A stretch of DNA of 15,439 nt from Candidatus Hydrogenedentota bacterium (GCA_003697085.1 RFFU01000036.1:1-15439); one strand, 5' to 3'; shown: positions 1 to 8,158, counted from the first letter of the stretch. A program made the numbers and translations. The notes: generated by a model not told the origin, from the sequence alone.

Positions 1-89
1 GAAGAGATGCGCTCCGGCCAACAAAAGAATCACGAAAGTCGTCCCCTCGAGAAACCGTCTCGACGTGCTCTTTTCCACGCTCACCTTCC

Positions 90-818
90 TCATCGATCCG
101 CCTCGATCCGGTAAATCGACGGCTTCTCCGCCGGGAAATAACGAGCGACCTTTCGCCCGTGTCCGGGAATCACAAACCAAAGTCCGGCCGCGTTCGCAAG
201 CATTCTCTCACGAATCCGTGTATTCGCGGCGGAATCGGCGGCGGTTCCCACGACGAGATTCCGAAAGAGGTTGTCGTAAACCATCACCTCGTCACCCGCA
301 AGCCAGACTTTTCCGACATCGGCCTCGACGGCGACAACCTGCGAACCCGGCGTATGACCGCCGGCGGGAATGAGCGAGACGCCGGAGGCGATCTCGGTTT
401 CCCCATCGACGAGGCGCAGGCGCCCCTCCCCGGCGATCTCTTCCAGAACCTCCAGCGTCTTCCGATCGACACCGTGAACGCGCTCCCGCTCGTTTTCGGC
501 AAATCCCGCGCGCGCCCATTCGTATTCCTTCCTCTGGAGCCAGACGCGCGCTTCCGAAAACCGTCCCACCGCGCCCGCGTGGTCCCAATGAAGATGCGTC
601 AAAACGAGGTCCGTCACCGCATCCCGCGGGACACCGATCTCCCTCAACAACGTCTCGACCCGCCGGAAATGCCGGATCCGCCACCGCCGCGCGTCCTTTC
701 GACGGAGAAATCCGCAATCAACGAGAATCGTCCGATCCGTGCCGCGAATCAACCATGCATACCATCCCGCGCGTTCTCTTCCCCTCTCCGCTCCGGCATA
801 GAGGTTCTTCCGAGCCAT
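90..818 (-). other. MBL-fold metallo-hydrolase module (242 aa) at the C-terminus of the 90..4088 ORF, with a candidate internal translation start (ATG 818..816) preceded by a GGAG/GAGG SD-like sequence
   Basis: The module begins MARKNLYAG. Minus-strand sequence GGAGAATCGAGG-ATG lies immediately upstream, in-frame, with no stop before it. HLHWDH at 579..596 is the lactonase/glyoxalase-II-type zinc motif. It may be translated both as a fusion and on its own. Confidence 0.5.
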
Positions 819-3800
819 CCTCGATTCTCCGTACTTCAGGGCAAGAACACGCCAGGCATTCCCGCCGGCCGGGCCGGAGCGTGGAGTGGTCGCGGAGGGA
901 AGGAGAACGCTGAGGAGAAGGAGCGCGGGAAGGCCGAACCCCAGTCCCACCCCCGCGCGGCGCATCGAAGCGGTTCCGCGGGAATCGAGAAAGAAGAGCA
1001 GAGCCACGAGAAGATAGAACCCGGCCGCCGCCGAGGCCATCGTCCTGAATCCGAGCATCACCGAAAGGTTCAAGGCCAAGGGCACCGCCAGAGCAGACGT
1101 AACTCCGTTGATCGCAAAGAGAATCGGAGTGTGACGCTCGTGCTCCCTCGCCTGCGCCGCGTGGAGAACGGCGGCGAAGGGTATCCCCATCAGGAAAGAA
1201 AGCGGGGCGAGAGCCGCGAGATTCACGGCGCTCCGGATTCCCGACGGCGAAGAGGAGAAGAATTCGAACACCGCGCCCGCGTAAGCAGGGAATCCGACGG
1301 CCAAAAGGAAGATCGCGGGAGGAACGAGGATCAAGATCGCGGGAGAGATGTGAGAAGCCAGCCGACTGCCCAACGAGGAAAACACAAGCATTCCGCCGAG
1401 AACGACAGCCAGCGAGACCGTTGGAGAGCCGAGAAAGCGTTCGCAGATCTGGAAGAGCGCGATCTCGATCAGAAGATAGGCCAGTCCGGTCAGAAGAGCA
1501 ATCGCCGAGAGAAGTCCCGCGGAAAAGTGTGTCTCCCTCGAAGAATTCCGCAGGCAAAGAGCAATCCCGACGGCGATCAGAAGAACGGCCGGAATCGCGA
1601 CGGGGAGGAGCGCCTCGCGGAGTTCCTTCCGGCTCGGATCGACGAAAAACGGAAACGGACGGTCGTCGGTCGCGGGAACGAGGTTGTAGCGCGCTCGGGT
1701 CGCCTCGCTCAAGCGTCCCTCGATGACTCGGGCGATCGTATTGTCCAGATTCGCTCCGGGAAAATAGAGCGGCGTGCAGACGGCCGTGTGGATCGGTCCC
1801 AGAGTCCCGCCCGCCGCTTTCTCCCGCTCCTTGATCCGATTCACGTCATCCAGCCATTTCCGAAACCGTGCGATCTCCGGTTCGGTCAAGGAACTCTTCT
1901 TCACGAGAATCTGGTAATACCGGTTCTTCCGCGTCGTCCACGAGAAGGCCAAAAGATGCCGTTCGGGCTCGGACACGCCGAGACGGACGAGCGCCTCCCG
2001 CAACGTCAAAAGCATCTTCCAGACGGGGGCTTCGCGGGAAGGACGGTTGACGGGCTCCTCGATCGAGAGAAATCCGCGATCCGTGAGATGTTCGAGAAGC
2101 GCCTTCCCCGCCTCGACCGTATGAAGATATTCCGGTGACGGAGACAATCCAGAGTATTTCCCGCGGGCGAAGTGCGTGTTGAGAAGCGTGATGAAGTCAT
2201 ACCGCTTTTCGGAGCGATCGAGAAATGTCCGACCGTCGATCATTTCCGTCTGAATATCGCCGAAGACGTGAAGGATCTTCCGGCCGAGTTTTCCGTTGAG
2301 AACACGCAAGACGGCCTCGTTGATCTCGACCCCCTCGACCTCGCCGCCGAGATTCACCGCTGTCTTCGTTACGCCTTCGCCGGAAAGTCCGATGATCAGA
2401 ACTGAAGGAGAATCGATTAGATTGTAGGGAAGTCGAGGATCGATGCGGTAGGCTTCTTTGCCCAGAATCCGCAACGTGTCGATCGTCCGACCGTTCTCCT
2501 TGAACTTGAAATAGATGCTTCCCCGTTCCCTCCAGACGACATCGATACGCCCCGCCAGGCTCGATGCCGAGGCGACGAGCGCTCCATTCGGGTAATCCTT
2601 AGCGTAGAGCGGACGCGTCACGGAAAGAAGACGGGTCCGTTGCTGCAATCCCAAGAGGAAAAGAAAGAGAAAGGAAAGCCAGAGATAAGCGCGCCGGAAA
2701 CGTTTTTCGTCTTCTCCAGCACCGTGCGCCGCCTCACCCGAGGAAGAGGCAGCCGCCATCCGAGTGAAGAGAAGGGGGAAAAAAGCAGCCAGAGACGCCA
2801 GAAAGAGGAAGGCCCCCTCTTCCTGCATGATGCGCACGATCGGATCAGCCAGCGCCGCACCCAGAGCCGCGCCGGCCAAGTCCGCGGCGTAGATGCGGGG
2901 ACCGTAAAACCGCCGGAGAAACGTCGTCGTGATGAAACCACAGAGGAGGAAGGGAGGAAGAAGAAAGAGAGCCGCGAGGTACGGATATTTTCCGGCTGCC
3001 GAGGCGGCACCCAGCGCGGCGGGCAAGAAGAACGGAAGAAGAAGGAACGCGGCACTCAGAAATTGCTCGCTTTCTCCTCCTGCCGGTGCCTTCGGAGGAA
3101 AGGCCGCCGCAAACGCACCGACACTGATTCCGAAGAGCGCGATCGCCACGGCGGAAGTCGCCGTAACGTAATCCGCCGAGACCATCAGGACTTGGAAGAG
3201 GACAAGCTCGAGATCGATGGCAAGGAACGCCGTCAGACCCGTGAGGAGAAGGATCCGCCTGGGAGGCTTCTCAACCGGTCGACACGATTCGAGCAATGAA
3301 GTCCCTTTCCCCGACGACGACTTCTCCGACTCCCGCGTTTCTTGCTCGGCGCCTTCCCGGGATCCGTTTTGAAGAAGTATCTCCGGAACCGCGACGCATC
3401 TCGAAAGACGAAGGGAAAAATCGACGAGATGGATCGCGGCGAAGAGGAGAATCTCCCCTTTTATGAGTGCGGGAAGGAGGTGGGTGTTTGCGATCCACGG
3501 CGGATAAAGATGGGTTATAAGCACAAGGAGAAGGAGTAAGAAAAGGGAGTTGTTTTCGTGTTTCGAAAAGCGATCCGGCAGGGCGGCGATGGCGCGCGAT
3601 GCGAGGCGATGGAGAATCCAAAGGGCTGCGGCGGAGAAGAGCAGAAGGTGATAGGGGCCGCGCAAGAGACCGATCGCGTCGAGCCGATGCCAGGAATCGA
3701 AGAGTGTCGTCGGAAAGAAACCGAGGCGGACCGACCAGCGGGAGAACTCCGAGAAGGAGAGAAGGAAGCACGCGGCGGCGGCAAGAGCGCATTCCGAGCG

Positions 3801-4088
3801 AAAACCGAGAACGTTCCGTACGGAAGAAGAGGAACCAGGGGGCGAATTCGAAGAATCGCCAGGGGAACACGCGTCATTGCCAGCGCGGTTCCGCGCGGCA
3901 AGAAAGAGGAGCCCGGCGGCGGCGAAGAGTGCGGAAATGACCCAGGATCCGAGGCTGAGCTGCCGGCCGAAATTGAAGTAGGAATGCCGTCCCTGTCCCC
4001 AACGATACTCGGGAAAGAGAAGATGCATCCCCCCCAGAAGAAAAGGTGTCATTCTTACAATTTGACACTTTCGGAACGAGCGCGTCAT
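90..4088 (-). CDS. Large polytopic membrane protein (1332 aa): TM block 1, spermidine-synthase-like (class I SAM-MTase fold) domain, TM block 2, C-terminal MBL-fold metallo-hydrolase domain. Resembles 'fused MFS/spermidine synthase' proteins but with an extra MBL module.
   Basis: Uninterrupted 1332-codon frame ending in TGA (92..90). Many hydrophobic helices in two blocks, aa ~40-450 and ~830-1065; each has an E-[LI]-x-L-F-Q helix (LELVLFQV at aa 293, IEIALFQI at aa 874). aa ~500-720 looks like spermidine synthase (VLIIGLSGEGVTKTAVNLGGEVEGVEINEAVLRV, DFITLLNTH) with GLSGEG in place of GGGDGG. The C-terminus carries the H-x-H-x-D-H metallo-beta-lactamase signature THLHWDHAG (nt 579..596) plus a downstream GGHTPGS and an HG pair. 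Start is ambiguous: in-frame ATGs at 4088, 4052 and 4028; the first two lie in a duplicated start-region repeat. Confidence 0.7.
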   Translation of the reverse strand: MTRSFRKCQIVRMTPFLLGGMHLLFPEYRWGQGRHSYFNFGRQLSLGSWVISALFAAAGLLFLAARNRAGNDACSPGDSSNSPPGSSSSVRNVLGFRSECALAAAACFLLSFSEFSRWSVRLGFFPTTLFDSWHRLDAIGLLRGPYHLLLFSAAALWILHRLASRAIAALPDRFSKHENNSLFLLLLLVLITHLYPPWIANTHLLPALIKGEILLFAAIHLVDFSLRLSRCVAVPEILLQNGSREGAEQETRESEKSSSGKGTSLLESCRPVEKPPRRILLLTGLTAFLAIDLELVLFQVLMVSADYVTATSAVAIALFGISVGAFAAAFPPKAPAGGESEQFLSAAFLLLPFFLPAALGAASAAGKYPYLAALFLLPPFLLCGFITTTFLRRFYGPRIYAADLAGAALGAALADPIVRIMQEEGAFLFLASLAAFFPLLFTRMAAASSSGEAAHGAGEDEKRFRRAYLWLSFLFLFLLGLQQRTRLLSVTRPLYAKDYPNGALVASASSLAGRIDVVWRERGSIYFKFKENGRTIDTLRILGKEAYRIDPRLPYNLIDSPSVLIIGLSGEGVTKTAVNLGGEVEGVEINEAVLRVLNGKLGRKILHVFGDIQTEMIDGRTFLDRSEKRYDFITLLNTHFARGKYSGLSPSPEYLHTVEAGKALLEHLTDRGFLSIEEPVNRPSREAPVWKMLLTLREALVRLGVSEPERHLLAFSWTTRKNRYYQILVKKSSLTEPEIARFRKWLDDVNRIKEREKAAGGTLGPIHTAVCTPLYFPGANLDNTIARVIEGRLSEATRARYNLVPATDDRPFPFFVDPSRKELREALLPVAIPAVLLIAVGIALCLRNSSRETHFSAGLLSAIALLTGLAYLLIEIALFQICERFLGSPTVSLAVVLGGMLVFSSLGSRLASHISPAILILVPPAIFLLAVGFPAYAGAVFEFFSSSPSGIRSAVNLAALAPLSFLMGIPFAAVLHAAQAREHERHTPILFAINGVTSALAVPLALNLSVMLGFRTMASAAAGFYLLVALLFFLDSRGTASMRRAGVGLGFGLPALLLLSVLLPSATTPRSGPAGGNAWRVLALKYGESRMARKNLYAGAERGRERAGWYAWLIRGTDRTILVDCGFLRRKDARRWRIRHFRRVETLLREIGVPRDAVTDLVLTHLHWDHAGAVGRFSEARVWLQRKEYEWARAGFAENERERVHGVDRKTLEVLEEIAGEGRLRLVDGETEIASGVSLIPAGGHTPGSQVVAVEADVGKVWLAGDEVMVYDNLFRNLVVGTAADSAANTRIRERMLANAAGLWFVIPGHGRKVARYFPAEKPSIYRIEADR

Positions 4089-4119
4089 TCCCTCATTTTT
4101 TCAGTTTCGGAACGGGGAG
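4048..4119 (-). repeat. Degenerate tandem duplication (2 x 36 bp, 25/36 identical) spanning the translation start of the membrane-protein gene; each unit ends in ATGAC on the minus strand
   Basis: Plus strand 4048-4083 is gtcattcttacaatttgacactttcggaacgagcgc and 4084-4119 is gtcattccctcattttttcagtttcggaacggggag. The cores gtcattc and tttcggaacg are perfectly conserved. The units give in-frame ATGs at 4088 and 4052, 12 codons apart, each 15-16 nt downstream of a GTTCCGAAA(G/C) motif. Confidence 0.5.
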
Positions 4120-4300
4120 ACAAAAGAAATCAGACCACGGAAAGCGCGAAATGACACGGAAAAAGAGAAAGGCAAAAGTCAGAAGGAAAAAGGAAAAGGG
4201 GAAGAAAAATGAAACGGGTGCCGAGAGAAGGAACTCTGGCAGGAAGCCATCGGAGAGAAGGGAAAAGGGGGGGTAAAGAAAAGGGAGGCGGGGGTTTGAC
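4110..4300. repeat. Polypurine (plus strand) / polypyrimidine (minus strand) low-complexity tract, ~190 bp and ~85% A+G on plus, inside the 334-bp spacer between gene D and the membrane-protein gene
   Basis: Counted directly: 4141-4200 has 8/60 pyrimidines and 4201-4260 has about 14/60. Runs of GGA/GAA/AAG. It generates the spurious K/R/E-rich plus ORFs (4046..4276, 4209..4478) and the F/L/P/S-rich minus ORFs (4093..4302 and others). Confidence 0.7.
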
Positions 4301-4422
4301 ACTGGGACACTTTGTCGTAGAGGGGAAACCGAGCAAAGCCCGCCTGCCTACCGGCGGCCAAGGCCCTAATCCCTGTCATTCCGAGGAGGTCGGAGGCGGC
4401 GAAGGCCGTAGCCGAAAGCGGA

Positions 4423-5199
4423 TCAGAAAAGATGGAGGAAATCGTGGACGAAGATCATTGGCGCCGGGAGTCCATTGATATTGACCACGGCGACGGAGAG
4501 GATCTCAAGGTTCTTTCCGGCGCCTTCCTTCAAAGAATGGTACTCCGTCTCAAGGATTTTCATTTGACGCGCGGCATGTTCCCGGGCCATTACGAGTAGG
4601 CGAACGTTCTCGGGGATCTTGGCGATTCGTTCACGATCCGGTTTTTTCCACTGTTCCTCGACATCCTCGAGAAACTCGTTGCCTTCCTTTCCTTCGAGCA
4701 CGGCGTTCAGTGCTCCGCAACAATCTGACTCACGAGTATAGCGCATCAACACGCCGAATCGCGATTCGGCCGAGGGGTCCTCGAAGGAGTTCCACTCGGG
4801 AAGGTACATGCGGTCCGTTACCCGGAGGGGGAGAATGACACCACAGTGCGACTGGATCCAGACGATCAGCAATAACGGCCTTCCGCGGTCGAAGTGATCG
4901 ACGGCCAGGTCAAGTATCCCGGCGGGAAAGACAGCGCCAGGCGTGGAGACGATCATCGGAGAGCGTTTCCCATCCGGAAGAGGGCGAAGAGACCGCGCGA
5001 TTTCCAGTACTCGGTCAAGCAAGCGGGCTCGACGAAAGAGATTCACAGTTTCCCTGGGATTTCGTTTCATCCGTTCCGGGGCGTCCTTCAGCTGCTCTTC
5101 GAGAAAGGCAAGGTCTTCCTTGTCGGGAAGGGAATCGGGATCAAACGCTGCGGCGGCCAATTCCGTCGCCTTCTTGATCCTGTTCCAGAATTCAGCCAT
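4423..5199 (-). CDS. Hypothetical protein, 258 aa (gene D of the AAA_5 cassette); no recognisable motif
   Basis: Start ATG at 5199..5197 is preceded by a near-perfect SD GGAGGAGGTGA (5205..5215 on plus coordinates) with a 5-nt spacer. Stop is TGA (4425..4423). The track's upstream GTG extension MSLLILEEVIP was rejected in favour of the SD-supported MAEFWNRIKK start. Ordinary amino-acid composition, unlike the antisense frames. Confidence 0.7.
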   Translation of the reverse strand: MAEFWNRIKKATELAAAAFDPDSLPDKEDLAFLEEQLKDAPERMKRNPRETVNLFRRARLLDRVLEIARSLRPLPDGKRSPMIVSTPGAVFPAGILDLAVDHFDRGRPLLLIVWIQSHCGVILPLRVTDRMYLPEWNSFEDPSAESRFGVLMRYTRESDCCGALNAVLEGKEGNEFLEDVEEQWKKPDRERIAKIPENVRLLVMAREHAARQMKILETEYHSLKEGAGKNLEILSVAVVNINGLPAPMIFVHDFLHLF

Positions 5200-8101
5200 C
5201 GGAATCACCTCCTCCAGGATCAAGAGTGACACGGAGTACGGAATACGCCGCGAACCGTTCGTGCGGATTCACGATCGTAAACGGCAGTTCCTCGATCACG
5301 GTTTCCTTCAACCCGCGATTCGTAATCACGCCCCACGTGATCCTCAAAAGCGCCTCGTTGGACGAGAGAACGCGGAATTCCACCTCCTCCGCCTCATGCT
5401 CCACCCCTTGCGCCTGTTTGTCCTCCAGCACGGTGCGATTATCGACCTTCTGACCGTCATACATGATGACCGGATGGTCCTCGTCGTGAATGTAAATGTA
5501 GGCGCCTTTCTGAAACCCGTATCCTCGAATCCGATACTCGCGCGGTTCAAACTCTCTCGTCTGTCCGAGAGGAATAAGGAGACGATCCTCATATTCTCCG
5601 ACGAATTCCGGCATCCCATCCGCGTCTTCATCGCGGGGCAAATCGGGCGGCTTCGTTACGGCCGCTTCGAAGCCACCAGGCCGCTTTTCTTCCGTTCTTT
5701 TCCCACTCGTGGAATCCGCCGTGCCAACCGAGGCTGGGGGAGGGATCACGACGACGGCCGGCTTAATCTGCACCGAGGAGAAGGCCTTTTTGAGGCGTTC
5801 GAGCGTTTCCTCCGGCAATGTCATCTCGACACGGGAGTCCGCGCCTTCTCTGCTCCGCTCCTCCTCCCGGGCCCTTCGTTCTTCCTCGAGCCTCCGCGCC
5901 CGCGTCTCCAACTCCTCGCGCCTCTTCCTCTCCTCCTTCTCCCTCCGGCTTCGTTCTTCCCTCTCCCAGTCCGCGCGCCGATCGAACCATTCCTTAAGGC
6001 TCTCCAAACCCCCGCCGATCGTTTCTCCGATCGCGTCGAGCCCTTCTTTGAAAGAGGCCAGATGAACCGCGACCCGGCCGACGGGATCACTCTCGTCCGT
6101 TTTGGCAAAGAGAAGATTCCGCCAAAAGGTCTTTTTGATCTCTTCCCATCGTTCCTTCTCCGTCTCAGTCAATGTCCCGCAGAGTTCCTTGAACTTCAAA
6201 AGATTCGCCTCGGCTCCGGTTGTCAAGGTCTGAGCCTCATTTCGGTAATGTTCGTCCAGCAGCGCTCGAATCTCCTCCTCGTTCATCACCGGAAGGACGC
6301 GTTCCGCCAGGCGGTTCATATTCCTGTACGATCCCTGGAGTTTGAACGGAGGCTCGGTTCGATACTCGTCAGCCTGGGCGGCGGAGGCAATGTATTCCTG
6401 ATTGACCCGAAGGACGATATCGCGAATCCGCAAGAGGCGCTTCATCACCTCGACCATCTCATTGAGTTCCTCGGGCGCGTACTGGCCTTCGAAGGCGCTG
6501 GAATCGACCGCCCCTCCTTCGGCCATGCGGATAATCGCGATCACATCCCCGCGGCTTCGCTGCGCCAAGCGGGAAAGGATCGGATTCGAGGTGACGGCGT
6601 TCTCGAGGTAGCTCCGGCGAAAGGCCTCCGCATTGGCACTGACGATGTCGCCGAGGTTGTAGGTATCAGCGCGGTTCGCCAGCATATCCGGAATCACGAA
6701 CTTTTTGCCGCTTTCGGTGTACGGATTGCCGGCCATGACGACCATAACCTTCCGGCCGCGCAAGTCGTAGGTTCGGGTCTTCCCTTGAAAGACTCCTTCG
6801 ATCCGCCGTTGAGCGTCGCAAAGGGATATGAACTTCTGGAGAAATTCGGAATTCGTGTGCTGAATATCATCGACGTAAAGCATTACATTGTCGCCCATTT
6901 CGAGCGCGAGGTTGGCCTTTTCGATCTCTTCCCGCGCCGCCGCATTCAGCGCCTCGGCGGGATCGAGCGAAGTTACGGCGTGGCCGAGCGCCGGTCCGTT
7001 GATCTTCATAAAGGTCATCCCCAACCTGTTCGCCACATACTCCATCAACGTCGTCTTCCCATACCCCGGTGGGGAAATCAGCAGAAGCAATCCCAGCCGA
7101 TCGGTCCGTTTTGCGTCCCCCGCTGCGCCGATCTGCTTCGCCATATTGGCCCCGATCAAAGGCAAATAATGTTCGTCGATCAACTGGTTCCGTACGAATG
7201 TCGTCAGAACCCGCGGTTTGAATTCGTCGAGGCGGAGTTCCTCGCGCTTCCGAGCGAGGCATTCCTTCTTTCTGGCAAGGTATTCTCGAAACGCCGGAAC
7301 AGCCTCTCGTTCGAATCGTTCCAGTTTCTCCATAAAGGAAAGATAGTCGAGACGATACGTTCCCTGCCGGATCACGGGATGGGAACCGACCATTCCCTTC
7401 ACGAGTGCCGTGAAGGAGACCGTTCCCTCATCCGTTCCATCACCGAAACCCGGATCTCTTTTTCCCGCATCCTCGTAAAGAAGCATCACGCCGGCCTCGT
7501 CGAGAAAACGGTAATCCAGTGGAACGATTCTCTCTTGTCCCCCAGACACTTCCTCCCTCCCCTCTTTCCTCGCGGTCGGATCATGTTCTGCGGCGACGGG
7601 ATATTCGTTCTCGATCCCGGAGCCGCCTTCACGGCGTCTTTCGGAGGCGAAAAGCGCCAGCCAGTCGCGAATCACGTCCCATTCGGCACGCCGATCGCCC
7701 GCCACGGCTTCGCGAGCCGCGGCGAAGGCCTCCTCCGCACCGCGCTCCCGAAGGTCCTCGTAAAAGATTCGCACGATCTCTTTCGCCGGTCGGCTCGACA
7801 GAAATCTCTCCCCGCTCGAAAGCACCTCAAAGAGGTACTCCGCCGTCTTCTCCGCATCGGCGGGATCGAACCATCCTCCGTTCTCCGCGAAATTCTTGAT
7901 CCGCTTCCACAGTTCCCGGATATAACGCTCCTTTCGTGGTTCAACAGCGAAGGTTCGCTCGGCCCTTCCCGCACTCGTAATTCTGGCCTCCAGCGACGGT
8001 TTCGCTTCCGAATCCTGCCATTCGTTCCAGAAAATCCGGGCCGCAGCGCGGACACGCGGAGCAAACCTGAAGAGACCAATCGTCCGATGAATCCGTGCCA
8101 A
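5192..8101 (-). CDS. Large AAA+ ATPase of the AAA_5 (MoxR/dynein-related) type, 969 aa, with a ~330-aa N-terminal extension, an ER-rich helical linker and a C-terminal domain of unknown function (gene C)
   Basis: Walker A LLLISPPGYGKTTLMEYV (GYGKTT codons at 7049..7066). Walker B VMLYVDDIQ (about 6860..6886). Sensor region VVMAGNPYTESGKKFVIPDMLANRADTYNL matches the MoxR/AAA_5 pattern NP..E.G...[IL]P.A.L.R. Charged linker DRRADWEREERSRREKEERKRREELETRARRLEEERRAREEER at 5831..5986. Stop TGA at 5194..5192. The track's start is TTG 8101 with no SD and no internal ATG for 200 codons, so the exact start is uncertain. Confidence 0.85.
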   Translation of the reverse strand: MARIHRTIGLFRFAPRVRAAARIFWNEWQDSEAKPSLEARITSAGRAERTFAVEPRKERYIRELWKRIKNFAENGGWFDPADAEKTAEYLFEVLSSGERFLSSRPAKEIVRIFYEDLRERGAEEAFAAAREAVAGDRRAEWDVIRDWLALFASERRREGGSGIENEYPVAAEHDPTARKEGREEVSGGQERIVPLDYRFLDEAGVMLLYEDAGKRDPGFGDGTDEGTVSFTALVKGMVGSHPVIRQGTYRLDYLSFMEKLERFEREAVPAFREYLARKKECLARKREELRLDEFKPRVLTTFVRNQLIDEHYLPLIGANMAKQIGAAGDAKRTDRLGLLLLISPPGYGKTTLMEYVANRLGMTFMKINGPALGHAVTSLDPAEALNAAAREEIEKANLALEMGDNVMLYVDDIQHTNSEFLQKFISLCDAQRRIEGVFQGKTRTYDLRGRKVMVVMAGNPYTESGKKFVIPDMLANRADTYNLGDIVSANAEAFRRSYLENAVTSNPILSRLAQRSRGDVIAIIRMAEGGAVDSSAFEGQYAPEELNEMVEVMKRLLRIRDIVLRVNQEYIASAAQADEYRTEPPFKLQGSYRNMNRLAERVLPVMNEEEIRALLDEHYRNEAQTLTTGAEANLLKFKELCGTLTETEKERWEEIKKTFWRNLLFAKTDESDPVGRVAVHLASFKEGLDAIGETIGGGLESLKEWFDRRADWEREERSRREKEERKRREELETRARRLEEERRAREEERSREGADSRVEMTLPEETLERLKKAFSSVQIKPAVVVIPPPASVGTADSTSGKRTEEKRPGGFEAAVTKPPDLPRDEDADGMPEFVGEYEDRLLIPLGQTREFEPREYRIRGYGFQKGAYIYIHDEDHPVIMYDGQKVDNRTVLEDKQAQGVEHEAEEVEFRVLSSNEALLRITWGVITNRGLKETVIEELPFTIVNPHERFAAYSVLRVTLDPGGGDSDG
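5200..5215 (-). promoter_or_regulatory. Shine-Dalgarno GGAGGAGGUGA for gene D, embedded in the last codons of the ATPase gene; the genes are 8-nt coupled (ATGGCTGA, start of D overlapping stop of C)
   Basis: Minus strand reads GGA GGA GGT GAT TCC GAT GGC TGA, which encodes the ATPase C-terminus G-G-G-D-S-D-G-stop. ATG is at 5199..5197 and TGA at 5194..5192. Confidence 0.8.
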
Positions 8102-8150
8102 GGGTTCAAGGATCGCGGCCGCATCGAGATCGTGGACGCCTTTGACGTAT

Positions 8151-8158
8151 CCCTCCTT
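8151..8158 (-). promoter_or_regulatory. Strong SD-like AAGGAGGG directly after the gene B stop codon, with no canonical start codon 4-12 nt downstream
   Basis: Minus strand reads ...CGC TAG AAG GAG GGA TAC GTC AAA GGC.... The next in-frame canonical start is TTG at 8101, about 50 nt away. Confidence 0.4.

Noticed and set aside
159-2138. 659-aa plus-strand ORF
   Set aside because: Antisense to the well-supported 90..4088 gene. Arg/Pro/Gly/Ser-rich low-complexity translation typical of the reverse frame in high-GC DNA, with no motifs.
4046-4478. Small basic plus-strand ORFs (76 aa K/R/E-rich; 89 aa G/R/K-rich) in the spacer
   Set aside because: Their composition is a direct by-product of translating the polypurine tract (AAG/GAA/AGA/GGA codons). 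The only upstream purine run is non-SD-like.
8115-8122. GCGGCCGC (NotI) palindrome in the B-C spacer
   Set aside because: An 8-bp GC palindrome expected by chance in high-GC DNA, with no supporting context.
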